Origin: an uncultured Rikenella sp.
GTDB taxonomy: Bacteria; Bacteroidota; Bacteroidia; Bacteroidales; VadinHA17
Direction of reading: 5' to 3'
Assembly (NCBI GenBank): GCA_964455705.1
Contig: CAYVYM010000006.1
Location: 25,805 to 89,804 of the forward strand
DNA length: 64,000 nucleotides
Numbering within the stretch: the stretch's first letter is position 1; every line of letters starts with the position of its first letter. Below, in pieces: positions 54,834 through 62,457 of the stretch. The translations under genes were made by a program, and so were the position numbers. The notes beneath the pieces are model-generated. The model made no database searches. It saw only the letters and a program-made list of their open reading frames with translations, and was not told the origin of the DNA.

Positions 54834-55688
54834 TTAAACACCGCTGTATGCGCTGAAGCCTCCGTCTACAGGTATCACCACTCCCGTCACAAACGATGAG
54901 GCCTCTGACACCAGGTAGAGCATGGTACCAACGAGCTCTTCAGGCTCAGCATATCTGCCCATCGGTGTAGCGGATATTATCTTTTTACCGCGCGGGGTCA
55001 TATCTCCGGTCTGTTCATCGGTGAGCAGGAAGCGATTCTGGTTGGTAAGAAGGAAACCCGGGGCGATTGCGTTGACCCTGACGCCTGATGGTGCAAAGTG
55101 CACTGCCAGCCACTGCGTGAAGTTATTGACGGCAGCCTTTGCGGCCGAATAGGCCGGTATCTTCGTGAGCGGCCTGTAGGCGTTCATGGATGATATATTC
55201 AATATGGATCCGCTCCCTCTCCTGACCATATCTTCGCTGAGTATCATTGAAGGAAGGACAGTCCCTTTGAAGTTCAGGTCAAATACACCGTCAAATCCCT
55301 CGATGTCGAGATCAAAAAAGGTCCCTTTCAGGTCTTTGTCATCACCGCTGATGTACTCTCTTGCTGTTGTGGCGGAGGCTTTATTGCCGCCTGCACAGTT
55401 TACCAGTATGTCGAGGGTCCCGAAGGCGGATCGTATCTCTTCACGTGCTTTCAGGAGCGACTCCCTGTCGGTCACGCTGGCGCCGATGGCAGCAGCCACG
55501 CTGCAGTCGGGCCTCGCGACCATCTCTGCAGCGGTGATGGCACCCCTGGCCGGGTTCACATCCAGAATGATGACTGTCACTCCGGCCTGGCACAGTCCTT
55601 TTACAAGGGTTTGCCCTATCACTCCGCTGCCGCCGGTGATGGCGGCTACTTTTCCTTTCAGATCGCTGAAATCATTCATAAGTTCCAA
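54834..55688 (-). CDS. SDR-family oxidoreductase (UxuB/YjmF-type fructuronate reductase-like)
   Basis: 284 aa. The Rossmann block is KGKVAAITGGSGVIG. The catalytic YxxxK is PAYSAAKAAV. It lies within a hexuronate gene cluster. Confidence 0.7.
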   Translation of the reverse strand: MELMNDFSDLKGKVAAITGGSGVIGQTLVKGLCQAGVTVIILDVNPARGAITAAEMVARPDCSVAAAIGASVTDRESLLKAREEIRSAFGTLDILVNCAGGNKASATTAREYISGDDKDLKGTFFDLDIEGFDGVFDLNFKGTVLPSMILSEDMVRRGSGSILNISSMNAYRPLTKIPAYSAAKAAVNNFTQWLAVHFAPSGVRVNAIAPGFLLTNQNRFLLTDEQTGDMTPRGKKIISATPMGRYAEPEELVGTMLYLVSEASSFVTGVVIPVDGGFSAYSGV

Positions 55689-55693
55689 TGTTT

Positions 55694-57223
55694 CTAATCA
55701 ACTATAATGGGTTTATATTTTGGCACAAGCATTTTCATCACTATCCAACCTATCAGGTAAGCCACCGCGCAGATGCAGAATATGATGAAATAGCCAGCCC
55801 TTATTCCCTCGAATCCGAAGAATTTCATCGGTTCAGTGGCATATTGGGCGCCGGTCGCAAGAAGCTCCTTTGTCATCACACTCACCTTGCCAGCTGCCAT
55901 AGTGGTTCCTGATGCAAAGTCAAACAGAACGCCGGATCCTTTATTAATGAGGAATGCTCCGAAGCCTCCGGCCATGCCTCCGATGCCCGTGATGGTTGCT
56001 ACGGCTGATTTCGGGAACATGTCACCGATGGTAGAGAAAAGGTTGGCAGACCAGGCCTGGTGGGCGGCAGCTGCAATACCAATGATGACAACCGGGAACC
56101 AGTAGGAGAGATGCCCCAGTGGTTGTGCGAGCAGGGCCAGCAGGGGGAAGAAGGCAAAGATCAGCATGGCGCGCATCCGACCTGAGTAGGGATTCATCCC
56201 CAGTTTATCTACGAAATACCTTGGAAGCCAGCCCCCGATGATAGAGAGCATGACGATGGCATAAAGGACAAATATCAGTAGCTTGGCCATGTTGGTATCG
56301 GAAGTAAGTCCGTAGACATCACTGAGGTAGGCAGGAGTCCAGAAGAGGTAGAACCACCAGACGCCGTCAGTCATGAATTTGCCGAAGGCAAATGCCCAGG
56401 TCTGTTTGTATCTGAAACATTGCCTGAATGACATCTTCTTCTCTATCTTTTCTATATTGTTGTTTGCCTTTGTCTCTGCAATGGTGTCCTGGTTGATGTA
56501 GTCAAGTTCAGCCTTATTTACCCGCGGGTGAGCATGAGGTTTCTTATACATGAAAATCCAGAATCCCATCCAGATGAAGCCAATTGCACCGATGGCAACA
56601 AATGCCATTTCCCATCCCCATTTTGCAGCAATAACGGGTATGGATATCGGGGCGATGAGGGCACCTATCTGAGCCCCGGAATTGAAGATACTGGTTGAGA
56701 ATGCCCGGTCCTTTTTCGGGAAGAACTCGGCAGTGGTCTTTATTGCTGCCGGGAAGTTGCCCGCCTCACCGAGGGCCAGTACGAAGCGCGCGAAGATGAA
56801 TAATGTCACACTGACAGAGGTCACCAATCCGATATCATCTACCGTGCCAATTATTTGGCGGGCCTCTTCAAAGCCTACGAACCACTTTCCGGCCGTGATC
56901 CCGGAGGTGGCTATACCGCAGAATGCGTGAAGCACGGCACCTGCCGACCAGATGCCGATGGCCCAGAGGAATCCTTTTTTGGTGTCTATCCAGTCGACAA
57001 ACCGGCCGGCAACAAGCAAGGAGACGGCGTAGAAGATTGAGAAGAGACCGGTGATTGTGCCGTAGTCATTGTTGGTCCAGTGAAATTCTGGTGCAATAAA
57101 GTCCTTCCATGTCAGGGACAGAACCTGACGGTCCATGTAGTTGATGGCTACGGAAAAAAACAACAGGCCGGTGATGGCCCACCTGTAGTTTGTCATTTTG
57201 GCATCAGTGGTTTGTGCAGGCAT
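55694..57223 (-). CDS. MFS transporter (ExuT/ACS-family hexuronate transporter-like)
   Basis: 509 aa with multiple TM segments. The N-terminal block is YRWAITGLLFFSVAINYMDRQVLS. It is adjacent to uxaC, uxaE and eda. Confidence 0.75.
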   Translation of the reverse strand: MPAQTTDAKMTNYRWAITGLLFFSVAINYMDRQVLSLTWKDFIAPEFHWTNNDYGTITGLFSIFYAVSLLVAGRFVDWIDTKKGFLWAIGIWSAGAVLHAFCGIATSGITAGKWFVGFEEARQIIGTVDDIGLVTSVSVTLFIFARFVLALGEAGNFPAAIKTTAEFFPKKDRAFSTSIFNSGAQIGALIAPISIPVIAAKWGWEMAFVAIGAIGFIWMGFWIFMYKKPHAHPRVNKAELDYINQDTIAETKANNNIEKIEKKMSFRQCFRYKQTWAFAFGKFMTDGVWWFYLFWTPAYLSDVYGLTSDTNMAKLLIFVLYAIVMLSIIGGWLPRYFVDKLGMNPYSGRMRAMLIFAFFPLLALLAQPLGHLSYWFPVVIIGIAAAAHQAWSANLFSTIGDMFPKSAVATITGIGGMAGGFGAFLINKGSGVLFDFASGTTMAAGKVSVMTKELLATGAQYATEPMKFFGFEGIRAGYFIIFCICAVAYLIGWIVMKMLVPKYKPIIVD

Positions 57224-57276
57224 AGTATTGTTTTGAAGTTTTGATACTTATAGATGAACGGGTCAGGCCGGACTGG

Positions 57277-57957
57277 TCAGGCGGTTGCAGTCCTGATTTT
57301 CCTGATCATGGCAAGCGTCTCTTTCACTTTGACGGTTATGGCATTCCAGTCTCCGGCCTTCACAATTTTATCGGTGATTAGAGCTGACCCCATCCCGACA
57401 CATGTCACACCTGCGGTAAACCATTTTTCCAGGTTTTCCTCCGAAGGGTCAACACCGCCGGTAGGCATTATGCTTGTCCACGGACATGGTCCTTTGACCG
57501 CTTTGACGAAAGAGGGTCCGCCGACGGCGTTTCCCGGAAAGATCTTCACTATCTCGGTACCAAGCTCCTCGGCCTGTGAAATCTCGGTGAGCGTGCCGCA
57601 TCCCGGTATCCACATGACCTTCCTCCGGTTGCAGATTCTCGCCACTTCAGGATTAAGCACCGGGGAGACGATGAAGTCGGCGCCCATCTGCATGTAGATT
57701 CCTGCCGTGGGTGCATCAGCGACAGAGCCTGCCCCTATCATCATCCCCGGGCAGTTTTCCACGGCCCACCTCTTCACCGAGGCAAAAACCTCATGCGCGA
57801 AGTCGCCCCTGTTGGTAAACTCGAATACCTTTGCACCACCGTTATAGCAAGCAGAGATAACCTTTTTGCATATCTCATCGTCGTGATGATAAAAGAGCGG
57901 CACCAGGCCTGTCTCCTCCATTGTAAGTGCTACCTGAATTCGTGTAAAACCGGACAT
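57277..57957 (-). CDS. eda: KDPG/KHG aldolase
   Basis: Start taken at the internal ATG 57957 (MSGFTRIQV...), about 226 aa. Blocks present are GADFIVSP and the Schiff-base Lys context EIVKIFPG. Confidence 0.8.
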   Translation of the reverse strand: MSGFTRIQVALTMEETGLVPLFYHHDDEICKKVISACYNGGAKVFEFTNRGDFAHEVFASVKRWAVENCPGMMIGAGSVADAPTAGIYMQMGADFIVSPVLNPEVARICNRRKVMWIPGCGTLTEISQAEELGTEIVKIFPGNAVGGPSFVKAVKGPCPWTSIMPTGGVDPSEENLEKWFTAGVTCVGMGSALITDKIVKAGDWNAITVKVKETLAMIRKIRTATA

Positions 57958-57976
57958 ATTTCCTCTCTTAAATGGT

Positions 57977-59383
57977 TCAGAAACCGAAATAGTTTTTTGC
58001 GTTGTAGTATGAGATGTTCTCAACCATCTTTGCTATGGTGACTGTCTCTGATACCGGAAGCTTACCCTTTTCAATATCCTCACCGAGCATATTGCAGAGA
58101 ATTCTCCTGAAGTATTCATGACGAGGATATGAGATAAAGCTTCTCGAATCAGTGAGCATCCCGACGAATCTGCTCAGCAGTCCCATCAGAGAGAGGGCGT
58201 TAAGCTGGTTGGTCATACCTGTCTCCTGGTCAAGGAACCACCATCCGGCACCAAACTGGATCTTCCCGGGCACACTACCGTCCTGGAAGTTACCGATCAT
58301 TGAGGCAATCAGTTCGTTATCTCCCGGGTTGAGGTTATAGAGGATGGTCTTTGTCAGCCTGCCTTTGGAGTCGAGCCTGTCAAGGAACGTGGCTAAATCC
58401 TTTGCCACCGTGAAGTCGCCCATTGAGTCATAGCCTGTGTCAGGTCCGAGTCTGGCCAGCATACGGCTGTTGTTATTGCGGATGGCACCGTAGTGGAACT
58501 GTTGTGTCCAGCCCCGCTCAGCATCCATCACCGCCAGTTCGTGAAGCATGGCCGATTTAAATTTTGACACCTCCTCGCGGCTGAGAGGGGTTCCCGCAGT
58601 GACTTTTATGAAAATGATGTCTGCCTCTCTTACGGTGCAGTCATCTGCATAAAACTGTTCTATTCCATGGTCACTGAGAACGCAGCCGGCTTCGGCAAAA
58701 TACTGATGTCTTTTTCTCAGGGCTTCATGCAGGGAGTCAAAATTTTTAATCTCAGTGTCTGATACTTCCTCAAGTGTTTTGACATAGTCTCTGAATTTTG
58801 CCGGATCTTCCACAGCCATGGCCCTGTCGGGCCTCCAGGCAGGGAGGACTTTTACTTCAAAACCACTGTTTTTCAGTTTTTTATGATGCTCCAGGTTATC
58901 TACGGGGTCATCGGTAGTGCAGATCACCTCGACGTTGAACTTTTTTATCAGTCCGCGTGCCGAGTATTCGGGTTTCCGGAGCATGGCAGTGCACTCTTCC
59001 CATATCTCCGCCGCGGTTGAAGAGTTGAGTATCCGGTTGATTCCGAATACCCTTTTCAGTTCGAGGTGTGTCCATGCATAGAGAGGGTTGCGCATAGTAA
59101 AGGGAACCGTCCCGGCCCAGCGGTCATACTTCTCGCGGAAGGAGGTCTCGTTCCCTGTGATGTATCTCTCATCTACACCGTTTGTTCTCATGGCCCTCCA
59201 CTTGTAATGATCGCCTTCGAGCCATAACTGGCCGAGGTCGTCAAAACGCCTGTCGACGTCAATTGCCTCAGGACTGATATGACAGTGATAGTCTATTATC
59301 GGCATGCCTTCTGAATGCTCATGATAGAGTTTTCTGGCAAAATCATTCTGCAGCAGGAAGTCTTCGTGGATAAATTCTTTCAT
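57977..59383 (-). CDS. uxaC: Glucuronate/galacturonate isomerase
   Basis: Start taken at ATG 59383, giving MKEFIHEDFLLQNDFARKLYHEHSEGMPIIDYHCHISP, the UxaC signature N-terminus. This removes the apparent overlap with uxaE. Confidence 0.9.
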   Translation of the reverse strand: MKEFIHEDFLLQNDFARKLYHEHSEGMPIIDYHCHISPEAIDVDRRFDDLGQLWLEGDHYKWRAMRTNGVDERYITGNETSFREKYDRWAGTVPFTMRNPLYAWTHLELKRVFGINRILNSSTAAEIWEECTAMLRKPEYSARGLIKKFNVEVICTTDDPVDNLEHHKKLKNSGFEVKVLPAWRPDRAMAVEDPAKFRDYVKTLEEVSDTEIKNFDSLHEALRKRHQYFAEAGCVLSDHGIEQFYADDCTVREADIIFIKVTAGTPLSREEVSKFKSAMLHELAVMDAERGWTQQFHYGAIRNNNSRMLARLGPDTGYDSMGDFTVAKDLATFLDRLDSKGRLTKTILYNLNPGDNELIASMIGNFQDGSVPGKIQFGAGWWFLDQETGMTNQLNALSLMGLLSRFVGMLTDSRSFISYPRHEYFRRILCNMLGEDIEKGKLPVSETVTIAKMVENISYYNAKNYFGF

Positions 59384-59400
59384 AGGATGAGAGATATATG

Positions 59401-60657
59401 TTACTGACGTGTAAAGAGGCGCACTATGTGTCTGCGGTAGATATTCTCCCACACGCATGATTCTATAATGGCAGAGTAGGCATCAATGGCATCAGTATAA
59501 TCCTTACCCATTTCGGCGGCCACTTTATAGCCCACATGAATAAGCTGGCGGAAGCTGGGGTTATAGTCAGGGTGTCCAGGGACATGCCTCAGAGTTTCGG
59601 CGTATTTCTTTGTGTCCCAGGTGTCAACAACCTCCGGAGCAGGAAGCAGTTCCGGTTTGATATCAATTACGGTGGCATACGGACCGCAGAGTTCATCACG
59701 TCTTTCGTATGCACTACGGTATATCCGCTTAGCTATATCGAGTCCTGCGCCACCGGCCAGGGCAAGGCCTATCACCTCCTCGAGCCATGTTGTTCCGGCC
59801 GTTTTGACGTGGAGCCCGCAATCGTGCTTCTTTATTATCTGCCCCATGATGGGGTAGATCGAAAACTTGTCGCTTCCCGAATGCACACTCAGCTTGAGAT
59901 CTGAAGGCAGACCGAACATCTTTACCGCATACCTGATGACGAGGATATCCTCTTCAAACTCCTTCCCGAAGTGGGCCGGATCACCCTCATAGTCAACGCC
60001 TTTGTTAAACCGACCTGTGAATTTCGGGGCTATGGTCTGTACAGGGACCTTCAGATCGGCGAGCGCCTTCAGGATGAAGAGCATCTCCAGTGGCTGCTGC
60101 GGCTGGTCAACCTCATCCATTGAGACCTCGGTGACAAAGTTGCCTTCGCCCTTAACCGATGCTATATGCCTGTAGATTGCGGCGGCCTCATTGATGGCAA
60201 AGAGAAATTTTTCAGCGAAGGCCCTGAGGTAACCCTCAGTGATGGTGAAGTGGCCATTGATGCCGGGGATACTCAGGTCACCGTATAATGAACTGTGTGC
60301 CTCCACAAATCTTTCGATATCTGTGTTGGATGCGCTCTTACCTATAAAATCAGCCACATCAAGGGTGAAGAAGTCGGAGTGGTCAATGAACCGACCGACG
60401 GTTGTCAGGTTAATGTGGTCAGCATCAACGAAGTACGGACCATCGTAACCAAGGTCGCGGACAGCAGCATCAGCCTCAGCGCGGGTGTCAGCGGGTTCCG
60501 AGTGAACTATATTATGTTCCCTGTTTGATTTGTTCCAGACGGGAGTGATATCAATGCCCAGTTCGGAAGAAGCCTTAATCAGGGCTTTTAACTGGGCTTT
60601 GCCCTGGTGTGAGAACCTGTCCCCGATCCCAAACGAATACTTGCCTGTCTCTTTCAT
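59401..60657 (-). CDS. uxaE: Tagaturonate/fructuronate epimerase (UxaE family)
   Basis: 418 aa. The blocks SFGIGDRFSHQG, FVDADHIN, LKLSVHSGSDKFSIYP, LHVKTAGTTWLEEV and FRQLIHVGY match the Thermotoga UxaE blocks I recall (SFGTGDRLG, GADADHV, ISLHSGSDKFSVYP, FHVKTAGTSYLEAV, VRQLIHVTY). Confidence 0.8.
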   Translation of the reverse strand: MKETGKYSFGIGDRFSHQGKAQLKALIKASSELGIDITPVWNKSNREHNIVHSEPADTRAEADAAVRDLGYDGPYFVDADHINLTTVGRFIDHSDFFTLDVADFIGKSASNTDIERFVEAHSSLYGDLSIPGINGHFTITEGYLRAFAEKFLFAINEAAAIYRHIASVKGEGNFVTEVSMDEVDQPQQPLEMLFILKALADLKVPVQTIAPKFTGRFNKGVDYEGDPAHFGKEFEEDILVIRYAVKMFGLPSDLKLSVHSGSDKFSIYPIMGQIIKKHDCGLHVKTAGTTWLEEVIGLALAGGAGLDIAKRIYRSAYERRDELCGPYATVIDIKPELLPAPEVVDTWDTKKYAETLRHVPGHPDYNPSFRQLIHVGYKVAAEMGKDYTDAIDAYSAIIESCVWENIYRRHIVRLFTRQ

Positions 60658-60746
60658 TTTGATGATTTAAATGGTTTTCAGCTATGTCGGAAAAATAACA
60701 ATAAAAAACTAAATTAGGGTCTTAATTACTCATTAATTCAGCTTTC

Positions 60747-61056
60747 ATGAAGAGGTTTGTACTCCTTGCTGTAGTTGCCCTGCAATCGGTTGTATTCTTC
60801 GGTCAGCCAGGGCATATCACGGTGGCTTCCGACGGGAGCGGTGAGTTCACCTCCGTGCAGGAAGAGGTGAACTACGTGCAGGAACAATCGTTCTAACGAA
60901 GAGACGGCCAGGTATGCCGAGTACCGCAACAGCGGCCCCGGGGCCAACCCCGGGGCACGTGTTGTATGGAGCCGTCAGCTGAGCAGGAGGGAGGCAAAGA
61001 GATACACGGTTGAGAGGGTCTTTACCCGCCATGACGGCTGGAGTCCTGTGAGATAA
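60747..61056 (+). pseudogene. Remnant of a CE8 pectin methylesterase: N-terminus joined to C-terminus with the catalytic beta-helix core deleted and a +1 frame change
   Basis: Manual translation from ATG 60747 gives MKRFVLLAVVALQSVVFFGQPGHITVASDGSGEFTSVQEEVNYVQEQSF*, a signal peptide plus the canonical PME start VA.DGSG.F.T(V/I)Q.A(V/I). The stop is at 60894-60896. The +1 frame then reads ...ARYAEYRNSGPGANPGARVVWSRQLSRREAKRYTVERVFTRHDGWSPVR*, the canonical PME C-terminus EY.N.GPGA...RV.W...L...EA..YT. That stop is at 61054-61056. Only about 100 of the 300 or so expected codons remain. Confidence 0.7.
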
Positions 61057-61060
61057 CACT

Positions 61061-62455
61061 TCAGAGAGCTATCTTTTCTCCGTTGATGTACACCTTTTTC
61101 AGTCTCACCCGCTCAGCTCCGGTGATTGATGTTCCCTCCTGAACACCGTTGAAGCTGCAGTCTATGAGGTTGATGTCAGAGACATTGACCGATTCATCAA
61201 GGCCTATGATAAAGATACCGTACTTGCTTTCCTGAGAGGTCACATTATCAAGTGTCACGTTCCTGACAAAGGGGGGAAACCCTCTCTTGCACTCCTCGCG
61301 GGGTTCATACATAAGGTTGATCTTAAGAACAGCTTCTGAACACTTTCCCACCTTTACATTCCTGACATTCACATTATCAATGATGCCGCCACGACAGTCG
61401 GATGTCTTGATCCTGATGACCCTCAGCAGTTCGGGACTGTCCATCTCACAATCCTCGACAAAGAGGTTGTAAAACCCTCCCGAGATCTCGCTGCCGATTA
61501 CAACTCCGCCGTGACCGTCTGCCATGCGGCAGTTGCGAACAATTATATTCTGTGACGGTATCGCCCATCTCCTGCCGTCATTGTTTCGTCCGGATTTAAT
61601 GGCGATGCAGTCGTCACCCGTGTCGAAGTAGCAGTTCTCAATCAGGACGCCGTTGCATGATTCGGGGTCACAGCCGTCAGAGTTGGGACCGGCGCTGATG
61701 ATCGTTACCCCCCTGAGGATGAAGTTATCAGTCCTGACCGGGTGGATCACCCAGAAGGGGGAGTTCTTAAGTGTCAGGTCTTCTATCAGGACGGTGTTGC
61801 AGTTGTTGAAGTTCACCAGTTGTGGCCTGAGAGCCCCCTCGAGTCCGAAGCGGCGTTCTTCAACGGGCGTCTGGTTCTGTTCGTGGCCCAGCAACTGAAG
61901 TCTGCCGGATATCTTCTGGTTATTCATCCCCTCGCGCCAGCCGTAATCAGGATTGCCGTTCATCCACCACCACGCCTCGTTGGAGGCCTGACCGTCAATG
62001 GTTCCCTTGCCTGTGAGGGCAATGTTGGAGGCATCGATTGCATAGATCAACGGGTGAATATTATAGCAGTCCATACCTTCCCAGCGTGTCAGTACAGGAG
62101 GGAGGTAAATATCATAGTCAGTTGAAAAGAGCAGTGTCGCCTTTTCTGAGATATGCAGGTTTACATTGCTCAGCAGTATCACCGGGCCTGTGGTCCAGAT
62201 GCCTGAAGGCACGTAGACCACTCCTCCTCCGCTGCCGTGACACTTCCGTATGGCTGCCTCAATGGCTTCTGTGTTAAGGAACGAAGTGTCATCAGCCACT
62301 GCCCCGAAATCGATAATATTGAAAGTGTCGGCAGGGAATGATACCGTGAGTATCGATTGTTCGATCTCCGCGGCCATCTTCCACTTGTCACTGCCCGTGC
62401 AGGAAGGCAGGGCAGCGACAAGGAAGATTAACAGATTAGGCAAAAAGCGGATCAT
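61061..62455 (-). CDS. GH28 polygalacturonase-family lipoprotein
   Basis: 464 aa. Lipobox ...VAALPSC. GH28 blocks are LKNSPFWVIHP, GPNSDGCDPESC, TGDDCIAIKSG and GHGGVVIGSE. Confidence 0.88.
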   Translation of the reverse strand: MIRFLPNLLIFLVAALPSCTGSDKWKMAAEIEQSILTVSFPADTFNIIDFGAVADDTSFLNTEAIEAAIRKCHGSGGGVVYVPSGIWTTGPVILLSNVNLHISEKATLLFSTDYDIYLPPVLTRWEGMDCYNIHPLIYAIDASNIALTGKGTIDGQASNEAWWWMNGNPDYGWREGMNNQKISGRLQLLGHEQNQTPVEERRFGLEGALRPQLVNFNNCNTVLIEDLTLKNSPFWVIHPVRTDNFILRGVTIISAGPNSDGCDPESCNGVLIENCYFDTGDDCIAIKSGRNNDGRRWAIPSQNIIVRNCRMADGHGGVVIGSEISGGFYNLFVEDCEMDSPELLRVIRIKTSDCRGGIIDNVNVRNVKVGKCSEAVLKINLMYEPREECKRGFPPFVRNVTLDNVTSQESKYGIFIIGLDESVNVSDINLIDCSFNGVQEGTSITGAERVRLKKVYINGEKIAL

Positions 62456-62457
62456 AT

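Noticed and set aside
55186-55707. A 173-aa plus-strand ORF lies inside the SDR gene.
   Set aside because: It is antisense to a gene with clear Rossmann and YxxxK motifs and has no motif of its own.
60935-60956. The 9-bp GC hairpin GCCCCGGGG-CCAA-CCCCGGGGC was considered as a terminator for GH28 or a REP element.
   Set aside because: It encodes the conserved SGPGANPGA segment of the methylesterase remnant, and no U-tract follows on either strand. The palindrome is a by-product of Gly-Pro-Gly codons.
60738-61059. Two minus-strand ORFs (69 and 70 aa) in the uxaE-GH28 spacer might be small genes.
   Set aside because: The plus strand of the same region translates into recognisable N- and C-terminal CE8 pectin methylesterase segments. 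The minus-strand ORFs are antisense artefacts of that remnant.
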